A stretch of DNA of 64,000 nt from a virus: the IMG/VR virus record IMGVR_UViG_3300036828_000667, positions 32,001 to 96,000 of that record. One strand, written 5' to 3'. Shown here piece by piece: positions 36,353 through 47,000 of the stretch. The number at the start of each line of letters is the position of its first letter. The stretch's first letter is position 1. The position numbers and the translations under genes are program-made. The notes under the pieces were generated by a model, which was not told the DNA's origin, did not search any database, and saw nothing but the letters and a program-made list of their open reading frames with translations.

Positions 36353-38278
36353 CTACGCAATTCTTTGAAACCTATCACCAAGAGACTGCAACGTATCCCT
36401 TATAGAGCCGTAAGCTTCATATACGTTGCTGGGCGTGTCGTAAAGCGACTGTACCGCATTATAAGTCGCAGCGCATAGGCTGTCCGCCATGTCGCAATGA
36501 CTACCTTCTAATTGCGCCTTCACGACCTTATTATTTTCGAACCAGATGGATTCCAGTTCCTTCTTCAAGTCACGCATCATTCCAGTTTTGAGGCAATCAG
36601 TCGCGACAATGTTACTAAGAACATCATATGGTGTACGTGTCTTTTCCACGCTCAACACCTCCACAGTCTCAGCATACCCTATCGATGTAAGCTTCTGTAT
36701 CAATTGTTCACTCTGATATTGGTCAGCTGTGAAAGTCTTGAACCCTAGACCATAGTAATCTCTCAAGTCTATAATGAACTCCTTGACTGCTTCCAAATTG
36801 ATACGGTTTGGACTTGTGATCCTTAGAACCAAATCAGCGACGTATATCACCTTGCCTGTCCGGCTAAGCTCCTTGTGGACTACGGATAGCCCAGCTGAAC
36901 TCACAGCAGCACCGTCCCAAGCTCCGTATCTAGTAGCCGCTGGATATCTTTTCCATCTGTATCCTTCAGGCGTAGCTATAAACAAGTCTCTCGGTAGCTG
37001 CTCTCGTAGCGGGGCTGGGATAGGCTGATTGGCATTACCAAGAGGTGCCGAAACATAAAGAATCGGGCAGAGGTTTGGATCTTCGACTTTGCTGAGGTCA
37101 TCGAAAGGCACCTCCTGACCCATGCTCGCTTGACCAGCTAGATTCATCAGGGATTGCTCTGTCCTTCTTTCAAAGTCACGTTGATATCGCTTAGGGACTT
37201 TCACTAGTGTACAAGACGGTGGAAGATCAAACTTGTCATTCTCAGCTAGTACACTTTCTCTAGGTTCAAGTACCCTTGATGGGTGTCTTTGAGTACCACG
37301 CATACACCAGAAGTGACCATCATGTTTAAGCGCATCAGGATACTTGGTATCCCATATGGAGTACTGACTGACTTTACCAGCTGGATCATTTCGAAGCTGG
37401 GCGATGTGAGTAGCCATAACCCCCTTCTCATGAGCAATAGAAGACAATAGAGTCATTAGCGTATAGCGGACTCCCAAGAACCTGGACCTTATGCGTTCAA
37501 AGATGTTGTCATATAGTGTAAATGCCTTGTCTACGAGACCCTTGCTACCAATTCGAAATTCTGCCTCGTCGAGCATACCTCCAAACACATCTTCACCCAG
37601 AACATGTCGATCCTGTGATCCAGCGTAAATCTTTACGTTATTAGGAAACTCAAATCCTTCTCCATTGAATACCCATGGTGTAAGTTTCTCTAATTCAGGA
37701 TCGTTCTCAAATTCAAGGAAGTCCCTTAAATGATTCACCTTCCTGTAGTCCTTACAGGCTGAGAGCAATATCCCAACACGTTCAATCAGAGTGCTCTGGG
37801 CCTTCTCCTTAGTAACAGTAAACAGCTGTAGGATCATCGGCTTTGATGGGCCGGTACCCATACTCAGCTGAGGATTCCTGAAAGAGTTTATCCTGTAAAC
37901 ATTATACAATTGTGCTATTAAACCAGCAGTGCTCTTACCAGTGCCAATAGCACCAGTTACTCCCCATCTACAGATAATAGATTTAGGAGCAAATATCTCA
38001 ATCAAATCCTTCTTCCAGTTAGGAAACAAGATTAGTGCATCATCCCCTATATAATCAGGAGTTAGAAACTCTTCTATAGTAGGTATTGGTCTCTTGAAAC
38101 ACATAGTAGTCAAGTCAGGGACTTCTTTAAAATGACCTAGCATTGTCAACGCTAGGCCAAGACGTTTCTTCTCAGGTGGAATCTCCCTAAGTCGAGGGTT
38201 TCTGGCGTCCATATCCAACATAAACTGAGCAAACTCGCTAGACTCAGCAATTCTGTCAAGCTCCACAGGATCTATCAT
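36353..38278 (-). CDS. terL: Terminase large subunit
   Basis: Walker A 'TGAIGTGKS', Walker B 'GMLDEAEF', 'TADQYQS' and C-terminal nuclease 'CDMADSLCAA'. Confidence 0.85.
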   Translation of the reverse strand: MIDPVELDRIAESSEFAQFMLDMDARNPRLREIPPEKKRLGLALTMLGHFKEVPDLTTMCFKRPIPTIEEFLTPDYIGDDALILFPNWKKDLIEIFAPKSIICRWGVTGAIGTGKSTAGLIAQLYNVYRINSFRNPQLSMGTGPSKPMILQLFTVTKEKAQSTLIERVGILLSACKDYRKVNHLRDFLEFENDPELEKLTPWVFNGEGFEFPNNVKIYAGSQDRHVLGEDVFGGMLDEAEFRIGSKGLVDKAFTLYDNIFERIRSRFLGVRYTLMTLLSSIAHEKGVMATHIAQLRNDPAGKVSQYSIWDTKYPDALKHDGHFWCMRGTQRHPSRVLEPRESVLAENDKFDLPPSCTLVKVPKRYQRDFERRTEQSLMNLAGQASMGQEVPFDDLSKVEDPNLCPILYVSAPLGNANQPIPAPLREQLPRDLFIATPEGYRWKRYPAATRYGAWDGAAVSSAGLSVVHKELSRTGKVIYVADLVLRITSPNRINLEAVKEFIIDLRDYYGLGFKTFTADQYQSEQLIQKLTSIGYAETVEVLSVEKTRTPYDVLSNIVATDCLKTGMMRDLKKELESIWFENNKVVKAQLEGSHCDMADSLCAATYNAVQSLYDTPSNVYEAYGSIRDTLQSLGDRFQRIA

Positions 38279-38784
38279 TTATCAGACTCATCTTCGTTTG
38301 GCTTCAAATCAATAGTTTTCCTCTCCTTAAAATAAGCTGCAATATGCTCTAGAGACTCCAAGAGTTCACCTGCATCCTTCACAGGATTTCCTCCAGGACT
38401 AATACCACCTTGTCCCATTATGCTACCCAAGTTCTGTTGCACAGTGAATAGTGGTCCGCTCTTCGCCCCAGATCCACCTGCAATCAATTCCAAGTCTCTA
38501 GCACCCGCCCCAGAAAGGTTTTCAACCAATCTCATCAACATATTATCAGACATGTTCTCTAGTCTACCTATCAGAATGTCCAAAGCTTTGAGTCTGGTAT
38601 CCTCTGCCTTGACCGCTGAATGATACCTCGTCATAAGAAACTGATCTCTAATAGCTTTGATGAAAACACCCCTATCTCTACTCTTATCATATAGCTCTAG
38701 CTCTCGCTTTAGGTCTAATGCGACCTCTAAAGGATGCCTAGATACCGCTCTAAAAGGTCTCTTAGCTTTCCTGGTTTGTGTCAT
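38275..38784 (-). CDS. Hypothetical protein, possible terminase small subunit
   Basis: Helical 169-aa ORF overlapping the terL start. Confidence 0.4.
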   Translation of the reverse strand: MTQTRKAKRPFRAVSRHPLEVALDLKRELELYDKSRDRGVFIKAIRDQFLMTRYHSAVKAEDTRLKALDILIGRLENMSDNMLMRLVENLSGAGARDLELIAGGSGAKSGPLFTVQQNLGSIMGQGGISPGGNPVKDAGELLESLEHIAAYFKERKTIDLKPNEDESDK

Positions 38785-39188
38785 CGGACTTCTTCTTGTT
38801 TCTCTCGTGCGTTCTCATGCTGCTTAAGGCTTAGAACAAAATCACGTTCCCCTGGAGACAACTTAGATAGCCAATTCTCCATCCTAATCTTAAGCGATCG
38901 GATGTAGTTGCCGTCCACGTTGTATTTCAACGCTACCCAATCCCAACTCTTTCCTTCAACAGCGACGTGGTAACAAACCAAGGCTACCATAAGGTCCTTG
39001 TTGAATTCCTCAGCAGTTGGAATACGTATCGTTTCTCCACCAAAAGCCTTGATGAAATTAAATATCTGTTTAGGAGATAGAAGGTATAGTATCTCTGGGA
39101 CAAGACTGGTCTGACTGGCGCACAGTATCGATAGCGCCATGTAAACTAAGCTCGATCCAGGATCAATTTGATCATAGTCTCTAGCCAT
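38781..39188 (-). CDS. Mor-like transcription regulator
   Basis: 'FIKAFGGETIRIPT' followed by an HTH-like segment. Confidence 0.5.
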   Translation of the reverse strand: MARDYDQIDPGSSLVYMALSILCASQTSLVPEILYLLSPKQIFNFIKAFGGETIRIPTAEEFNKDLMVALVCYHVAVEGKSWDWVALKYNVDGNYIRSLKIRMENWLSKLSPGERDFVLSLKQHENAREKQEEVR

Positions 39189-39841
39189 TACAGGTACTCA
39201 GCCACATCAGCTGTATAGAACTTCTCGCTCTCCACCAGCGACAACATTATTCGTAGTGCTACACGATCTCGAAAGCCCAAGCTGTTAAACAAGGCACTTC
39301 TGTCTTCCAAGAACAGTGACACGATCATTGGCCATAATAGGTAATTGGCCTTATACTTAAACCTAGGAGAAGCACTTATCTTAGAATATATCTTACCAAC
39401 AAAAAATGCGTATCTATCATTCCTCTTCAAAGTATCGTAGGGCGTCGTAAATTCCACAAATAAGGCATCTTCATCGTATTCATCCAGAGACACAACATTC
39501 TTACGAAACTCGTAAAAATCTGATATTACTTTACCCACCCTACTTTTAAGTACAAATCTATAATAAGGATAGAAATTATCATAACCATAGATAAAGTGTG
39601 CAGGCTGTCTTTGAATACTTAGCAACACATCTTCGGCTATTTGATTCACAGCCTCATATAATAGATAATCATCTACATTGCTGTACTCTTTGTAAACTGT
39701 CCTCATACCAATATCAATCAATATATGAAATATCTCACTCAAGTCCTTTTGCTGATTATTATCAGCATAACTAACTATTCTCTCATAAATCATCTTTCCC
39801 AAGTCATAATATCCAACTGTGGTCAAGCGTCCTGTGGTCAA
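39188..39841 (-). CDS. Hypothetical protein (possibly sigma-factor-like)
   Basis: 217-aa helical ORF in a terminase-linked operon. Confidence 0.45.
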   Translation of the reverse strand: MTTGRLTTVGYYDLGKMIYERIVSYADNNQQKDLSEIFHILIDIGMRTVYKEYSNVDDYLLYEAVNQIAEDVLLSIQRQPAHFIYGYDNFYPYYRFVLKSRVGKVISDFYEFRKNVVSLDEYDEDALFVEFTTPYDTLKRNDRYAFFVGKIYSKISASPRFKYKANYLLWPMIVSLFLEDRSALFNSLGFRDRVALRIMLSLVESEKFYTADVAEYL

Positions 39842-40104
39842 GCGTCAGTCTCCCGGAGGAGCTTGTCAACAAGATGCTTTCTATCCAACATTTTCTTAAT
39901 CTGAGTATTCGGACTCTCTATGATAAGGTGACCCTCGCCATTCATCTTTATCTTTCCGATAAGAGTTTGAGATTCCCCCTTGATGCCGAGGTCACGTAGC
40001 ACCATAGCCAATTGGATATCAACAATCCGCGTTGTAATAGATACGGACGTAGAACTAATCCTAGCAAGCTCCGCTACGTATTGACCTTCCTCATCCGAGT
40101 TGAT
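39838..40104 (-). CDS. 88-aa hypothetical protein with probable ATC start
   Basis: AGGAGG-5nt-ATC; open for 88 codons; stop overlaps the next start (TTGA). Confidence 0.5.
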   Translation of the reverse strand: MNSDEEGQYVAELARISSTSVSITTRIVDIQLAMVLRDLGIKGESQTLIGKIKMNGEGHLIIESPNTQIKKMLDRKHLVDKLLRETDA

Positions 40105-40389
40105 AGTAACCTCCTCATGCTATTTTCACATCATTCTTTTGGCCCTATACCCACACCAACTGTCTGATCTCCAAGTTTTTGCATTACCCGCCAATGAAAC
40201 TCGTTGACAATTTCCGCATCGGTGAAATCAGATAAACCAGGAACTGGATGCGAAGTATTATTGGGGATACATTCATTACAACAATAAGGACCAAGATTGT
40301 TACTATATATAACATGGCAGTATTTTTGACCATTAGCGTCTTGGCGTTCAAGTGACCGACCACAGCTGATACAGTAACTATTCATATTA

Positions 40390-41064
40390 TCATCTTTCTT
40401 TTTTGTACAACCCATCCAAAAGAGCTTCCCGCTCTTCCTGTGTCATACGATAATTCTCACGCAAATGCCAAGCCTTGGCATAACGACTGAGTACACTACG
40501 TTTCATACTAGGGGATGAATACTTTGCCAAAATCTCAGTAACAGGGTCAACGTCCTCAACTTGATAATCTTCTAGCGGTGCTTCGCTTGTCATAACACGT
40601 GGTTTTTTAACAGAAACTCCTTTTTCCAGGACTTCCGTAAGGATTTTAACAAATGGATCATCTTCATTATCACATTCATACCAGCGTAACAACTCGATCG
40701 GTGTAGATGGAGGACAGACGACCCAACCACAGGCGTGACGGTTCCTCGAATCAAGATGGGGACGACCACTCAATCCAAGGGCAGTCCAAACGTGTTGTGG
40801 AATGTCACGACCCCTTGCACGACAAGGCGTAACAGAAAGACCTTCTTTATTACAACGCTTCTCGTCAATACAACAAAAACGCTGCATTTTATTTCTAGTA
40901 TTCCCCCCTGTAGCTTTAGGAATATGACGACACCACCCAAATGCCATGTCTTCTGAGACATAGGTAGATCCACCATTTTCCATCAGCTTACGAATATGTA
41001 GCGATAAAGACGCAGTAATCTTCTTGTCAGTTATACTCGCCATATCTTCTTCTGTAATAGCCAT
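40390..41064 (-). CDS. Hypothetical protein
   Basis: 224-aa ORF in operon. Confidence 0.55.
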   Translation of the reverse strand: MAITEEDMASITDKKITASLSLHIRKLMENGGSTYVSEDMAFGWCRHIPKATGGNTRNKMQRFCCIDEKRCNKEGLSVTPCRARGRDIPQHVWTALGLSGRPHLDSRNRHACGWVVCPPSTPIELLRWYECDNEDDPFVKILTEVLEKGVSVKKPRVMTSEAPLEDYQVEDVDPVTEILAKYSSPSMKRSVLSRYAKAWHLRENYRMTQEEREALLDGLYKKER

Positions 41065-41606
41065 TAGGCTTCTGTCTTCTTATCCTTCCAATTTTTACCA
41101 ATACGAATACTACGAATCGTATGTGATGAAACACCAAATTCTTCACCTAACCTCGTATCAAATCCATGATACCATTTTCTAGACCTGATATCATCGACCT
41201 GAGACTGGGTAAGTATGGCTTGACTATGACGCTCACCACGACCATCAGTTCGGTGCCTAGTTTTATCTTCATAGTTTTCTTTTGGAGTGCCCCATTTAAT
41301 ATTTTCAGGCCAACGATTATCAGAACGATTTCCATTAAGATGTCGACATTCCTGCCCGGAAGGCCGTGGCCCAACAAACGCGTTAAGAACCAGACGATGA
41401 ACTTTCACTACTGTTTCCCTTTTTCTAACCGTCATATATCCTTTTCGATCAGTTGTTTGTTTTAAAAGTTCTATTTGTAAAGCAATTCTCCTTCCCTTTC
41501 GTTTAGCTCCGGGCAAGGCTCTAACACGACCACGATTTGATATTTGATGAAAAGGCCAATTCTCTACATCCACATCTTTCCAGACTTCACCATCATCACT
41601 GTTCAT
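41064..41606 (-). CDS. NUMOD4-HNH endonuclease
   Basis: 'EVWKDV...HQISNRGRVR'; 'VHRLVLNAFVGPRP...CRHLNGNRSDNR..N.KWGT..EN'. Confidence 0.9.
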   Translation of the reverse strand: MNSDDGEVWKDVDVENWPFHQISNRGRVRALPGAKRKGRRIALQIELLKQTTDRKGYMTVRKRETVVKVHRLVLNAFVGPRPSGQECRHLNGNRSDNRWPENIKWGTPKENYEDKTRHRTDGRGERHSQAILTQSQVDDIRSRKWYHGFDTRLGEEFGVSSHTIRSIRIGKNWKDKKTEA

Positions 41607-41611
41607 TTGTT

Positions 41612-42958
41612 TTACCCTCCTAGTTTATCTGCTGCTTTATCACGAAAACTAATTCCCTCTAGCCTAAAATCACCTACCTCCTTATGAGCGTTGTGATGCT
41701 GTTTCAATATAACTTCATACTCATTAGGAGATATCTCAGATATCCTTGAATGAGAATCGTCAAATCTTACTTTGGTAGTTACAGCAGACTCTCCCCTTCT
41801 TACCAAAGGAAGATGCATCGTCCCTATACTTTTCAACTTCTCATTACGACCACCTGTAATCATAATGTCTACTACGTGTTGTTTTCTGCTAGACTCTGCT
41901 GCAGAATCAAATTCCAGAACTTCCTTATCCCAGAAACCAATTTTAGGCTGGCACCCAATCATTACTACTGGACCTTCCTGTTGGCCAAATCCTTTAAATG
42001 TAGAATACATAACACCTCCACTCTCATACATCCCAGCGTCTTGTGGAGGCCTAACGTTTGAGTCATAGTCTATTACCAACATGTCGAATGGAAATTTCTT
42101 TCTATAGTTTCTGGCATAGGAAACGATCTCATTACAGTCCAAGGCAAAAGCTGGGAAGGCAGCCACCCGCCAGTTCTCCAGCCATGACTCACACCTCTTT
42201 TTGTAATGCTCAGGAGCATTGACCACATTGGAAATAAGATCCCCAGTCACACAACTCATAAATTTACAGAGACCATCGAACTCAGTGAAGTCCCCAAAGA
42301 ACATATGGACTACTTTAAACCCCTGATCAGCAGCAGCTGCTGCTTCTTGAACCATGTAAGTCGACTTACCCCCCTTTGGTTTCATTACAACCATGACCAA
42401 ATCACCATTCTTATAACCCTTATATAACAATGACGAATTAATCAACCCTAGTGAACTCTTTATAACCCTCCCTCCAGCCGGAAGATCCTTCGCTTTAAGA
42501 TGCTCTATTATTCCTTCCTGTAAAGGATTTACAAACGGATCGGTTAGTATGGTGAATGACGACGCTTTAGAAAAGTACCCTTCTGCTGATCCAAGATCAC
42601 CCTTGACGTATAGGTCGACACCTCTCAGAAATATTCTGTTCTTGATGAAATTTCCTATAAGACGAGTTACATGCTCAACGTCCTCGCTCTTGATAACCTT
42701 GTGACTATTAAATAGGTCCTCGACAATTTCCCAGTCATGACTATACATGTCTTTATAAGTATGCTTCATATGTAATTGGAGAACACTGAGATCGATATTA
42801 TTGTCTCTAAAGGGATTACTAATCAGAGCCGAAACTAGCTGAGAATGGATAGTCCTTTGAAACATCCACGGTTCTAAAAATGAATGGCATAATTGTCTAA
42901 TTTGGAGGTCAAACAACATCTTGAGGACCATAGGTTCTATTTCAGTATCGTTAGCCAT
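41612..42958 (-). CDS. DnaB-like replicative helicase
   Basis: Walker A 'KPKGGKST', Walker B 'MLVIDYD', 'AAESSRKQHVVD'. Confidence 0.85.
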   Translation of the reverse strand: MANDTEIEPMVLKMLFDLQIRQLCHSFLEPWMFQRTIHSQLVSALISNPFRDNNIDLSVLQLHMKHTYKDMYSHDWEIVEDLFNSHKVIKSEDVEHVTRLIGNFIKNRIFLRGVDLYVKGDLGSAEGYFSKASSFTILTDPFVNPLQEGIIEHLKAKDLPAGGRVIKSSLGLINSSLLYKGYKNGDLVMVVMKPKGGKSTYMVQEAAAAADQGFKVVHMFFGDFTEFDGLCKFMSCVTGDLISNVVNAPEHYKKRCESWLENWRVAAFPAFALDCNEIVSYARNYRKKFPFDMLVIDYDSNVRPPQDAGMYESGGVMYSTFKGFGQQEGPVVMIGCQPKIGFWDKEVLEFDSAAESSRKQHVVDIMITGGRNEKLKSIGTMHLPLVRRGESAVTTKVRFDDSHSRISEISPNEYEVILKQHHNAHKEVGDFRLEGISFRDKAADKLGG

Positions 42959-43451
42959 TTGACCCCCTGAGCTTATAGAACTTTATGTATACCGCGATGT
43001 AATGCGGAGGACTTTGTATCTCTCTCGGTAGGATACATTTGCTTTGAGAGTTAAACACTCCAAAAGCATCGTCGATATCTAGTCCTGGAAATATACCATC
43101 TTCAATAACCTTCCATAAGTTCGTTAGGTCAAGCAATCTTAGCTTAGTCCCATCGCCAATGATCCAATCATGTTTGCTAGAACAAAAGGCAGTATGACAA
43201 GCGTAGCAATATGTATCTTTAGGAGCTTTTATTTTGAGATCTTCTATCTGATCTTTAATATGGCTTTGAAGAAGAGTAACTCTCTCGTCCTTCCGAATCC
43301 AAACTCTACCATTCATACTTTGGGCTTTGTACATATTATTAGAACTAAAATAATAAGGGATGGATATACAAAAACAGTATGTAGAAATTTGCTTTAGGTC
43401 AGTTGCATTAAGAATGCAGTTTTGCGGAACAGATCCTCCTTCTATAGCCAT
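42951..43451 (-). CDS. RusA-like Holliday junction resolvase
   Basis: 'SSNNMY' and 'DLTNLWKVIEDGIF...IDD' catalytic pattern. Confidence 0.65.
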   Translation of the reverse strand: MAIEGGSVPQNCILNATDLKQISTYCFCISIPYYFSSNNMYKAQSMNGRVWIRKDERVTLLQSHIKDQIEDLKIKAPKDTYCYACHTAFCSSKHDWIIGDGTKLRLLDLTNLWKVIEDGIFPGLDIDDAFGVFNSQSKCILPREIQSPPHYIAVYIKFYKLRGSNG

Positions 43452-43678
43452 GTCTCGACGATAACAGGATCATCATCAGGAGACCTGGGTATCATATTAA
43501 GTCCAGAAGGAAGCAACCTATGTAGTTCTTCTATAGTATCAGCTACAAACATCTCATTAGTAGGAGTTAACTTACCATCACCAACTAGCCATAACCTAGC
43601 GACAAACTGGTCAGGTTGATCCTTAGGATGATCATAGATCGTCCAAATTCGAAGTAAGTCTTCGTCATTCTTTGCCAT
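43442..43678 (-). CDS. Conserved small phage protein
   Basis: 'WTIYDHPKD.PD.FVAR.W...PRSPDDDPVIVETWL'. Confidence 0.6.
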   Translation of the reverse strand: MAKNDEDLLRIWTIYDHPKDQPDQFVARLWLVGDGKLTPTNEMFVADTIEELHRLLPSGLNMIPRSPDDDPVIVETWL

Positions 43679-44033
43679 GGTCTGGACCTAGCAAGCTTAT
43701 GATATCTTCTTCCGTAGGAGCTACGTTTACTATCGGGACAGATTTAATAGGTCTTTTCGGATCAGGCAATAGACTACTTTGAACTCTAGCATTCACGGCT
43801 TCCTGAATAGTTATACCACCAGAAAACGCCGGATACATGATGGCTATCAGGTTCAAATCATCAGCAGTTTCTACAAACAGATTGCTATTACATAAGCTCT
43901 CCGGATGATGACCCAGCCCAGAGACCATAAGCGTATCCGCGTAGATATAATATCGTTCTAGAATCCTTGCCATAACAGCTGCTTGACTAGAAGAAATCTT
44001 CATATATTAGTCTCTCCGTACGACAGCTCTGTT

Positions 44034-47000
44034 TCATGTATAAGGCTCTCTTTGTACGTTACTGAAGTCAAGTCTCATTTTTCCAGTCACCAACTTACGT
44101 GACTGGCCAAGCGATAAGGCAAAGGCTCCACGAGCTATGAATAGCTCTCCCATTGATCGCACACTCTCTACCTCTTCGTCAACAGTAATATAAGTCTTGA
44201 CACCGTATGCGGATAGCCTACTATCCAAGGCTTCTACTGCGGTCTGCTTACTTTCATGAAACTCAGAAGATATAATAGGTCCATCAACTACAGCGTTCTT
44301 TAACTCTACCATCTGGTCTCCAGACACACCAATCTCATACTCTGCTTTAATCGGTATGTTGAATTCTTCAACTACTTTGTCTATAACGTATCTGGGGAGA
44401 GCAGAGATGATTTTTGGCAAGTCAGCGATCTGTACGTCCAAATCAGCCGCGTCATGAGTAAAGCAATCAATCCTTGCAGACATGTCTTGGTCTAGAGTAT
44501 ACTCACTCATATAGTAGATACCTAGCCCAGCAAGAACAGAAGAAGCATTTTGGATCGGGTAATTCTGGGCATTCCTAAAAGACTCTGATATAAACATGCG
44601 AAGCTTCTTATCTACCTCTCTATTAGAACTAAGTTTGACCTTTCTGGAGAACACGTTTTCCAACAGCTGATCTTTACTCCACTGGCTTAGAGATAGAGCT
44701 TCATGCGGTAGTCCTACGTCGTAAATAGGGTCTCCTAAGGGAGTCAAGATGTAGCCGTTTTCTAGTAAGAAGCTGTGCTGTGCTTTTATCCATATCTCTA
44801 TGTTAGGAAACGTGCTGAAAAGCTGGGTGAATATATACTTAGCCAATTGGATATTACCATTTAAAAATTTAATTGCAAAACTTGGTGGACTATCTCCATA
44901 TAGAACAGCAAACACAGCGCTCTTGGCATAACGACGCTCTTGCTTTGTAATCTGCTTTTCTGGTTTACCCCAAATCTTGCTGGCAATGAACAGATGAATG
45001 TCTGCACCTTCACGGAACTTCTGAAGCAAGGCTTCGTCCTTGGCTATAGTCGCCAGAACACGGATTTCACTCTGACTCAAGTCCCAATGGAGTCTAACAC
45101 CGTCAATAAATCTAGATACCATAAGGTCAATAAGTTCTCCTGCGGGCACGGTATGGTCCCCACTGCGGAACCTTTTTGTTACCGCAGTACACACTCCGAA
45201 GGAAGTCTCTTTGATCCAAATTTTGTCTGTTGGCGTCTTCTCTGTCCAACCTGGATGTCTCAGAGCCCGAACGTTTCTCTTATCTACTAGCGTTGCATTA
45301 CCTCTCCCAACGTCTCCCCAAATGTAAGTCGAATAAACCTTCATTACCTTCTTGTATAATCGGAACAGAAATACGATACGAAACTCATCTACCCAAGTTG
45401 ATTTGTCGTCTACATTAACACCACCAATATGCCAAAAAGCATTGTAAATATCCTCAATAACTTCTGAGGCCATACCCGGCAATGTCCACCCGTAAAATTC
45501 GATAAACACTTTTATTTCTGGAGGAGTAATCTTTATGTTATTATCATCTTTCCAAAGTTCAGATGAATTTGCAGGATGGTTTTGAACCTTGTTTCCAATA
45601 CACTCAGATGCCTCTACTAGAGTATCAACCACCTTGAACCGTTCTGCTGAGTCAGATTCCGCTAGCACTTGTTCAAGTGTAGGACCTAGTACAGGGTATT
45701 CCTTAAAACATTCATCCTTGCTATTCTGATACTCCTTGAATACAGTAAAAAGCATCATAAGGAATTTCAGTCTAGGCGTTACGATAAGCTTTGAAAACCT
45801 ATCCCTCGTATCCTTGTGATTGGACCTTGGATTGAAAAACTTCGTCAGATTGTCTAGCTCAGTAGTTGTCTGGATTTCAAGAACGTCCTGAGTATTATCA
45901 ATTACGGGGACAAAGGTCTGATCGGTACTAAGAGACGACGGCAATATCTTTTGAAATCTAGGGATCATTAGTATCGATCTAAGGGAGTCTATCGCTGTAT
46001 CAAGATATACCTTATCAAGCTTTGTAGCTAACTCGTCATTCCAGGCAATTCCAGAGGCCTCCAACTCGAACCCGAGCTTGCCTAGATTATTATAGATTTC
46101 AGATACCCGGACTAGACCAAGTTTCTGGACTTCCTCTCCCAGATGGTCTTTCAACCGATCCGTAAATTCTATATCCCTAATAGCATACGGAGCTATGATC
46201 TCAACAGGTACATCAGTGAACTTGTCCTCAAAATCCTTGTCAGTAGACCGCTGTATGATCAGAGTGAAAAACCGTTTGCAAAATTCAGTATATCTTTCTC
46301 TATTGTAATACTTCTTAGCTAATCTATTGATTTGGACGAAGTCAGTTCGAAGGTTTACGATCCTATCAGTAGGCTTTTTAACTGCATCAAACCATGCAAT
46401 CAGAGTATCAATAGAGTTACATTTACTGTCTTGAATAAAAATAACCTCTTCCCTAATCCTGCCCTTGTAGGTTGGCTTTACGTACTTGATGATCTTCTGG
46501 AGAAGGCTGTTCCACTCATCGACTTCAGCATCCCATGTCTGTATACCTAGTCGAGTGCTAGCGATCTCTTTCAAACCGCCGCTACGACCTAGACACCTGT
46601 TCATCATCATTACATCAAGAACGTCTCTAATATATACTCCGAAATAACTTAGGCTAGCGGCACATTCATATTGGAGATTGAATACTATCAGTTTCTTTGA
46701 TAGAAGCCATACTCCAATCTTGGCTTTCAGTTTATCAGGAATGACGAATTCTCCAGGTGTTCGCCAAAAATTATAGAGCATAACGTAAACACAGGTCTTA
46801 GTCGTCCTGCCCTTAAGAGCAAGGCCACCGACAAAGTAATTATAGTGATACGTATTGAGGCCTGATGCTTCATAGTCCAATACCACTTCAGTATCGTTTT
46901 TGAAAATTTCTTCAACTCTAGACCATTCTAGTACGTCAATCACCTCATACTTAAGTATATTGGATACAGTTTCTTTCTTAAAGCCACTCCAAGCTCTTTT

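Noticed and set aside
39817-39846. 15-bp tandem duplication CTGTGGTCAAGCGTC x2 (and the 16-bp duplication at 25149-25180)
   Set aside because: These are isolated two-copy duplications with no associated mobile element, probably slippage events.
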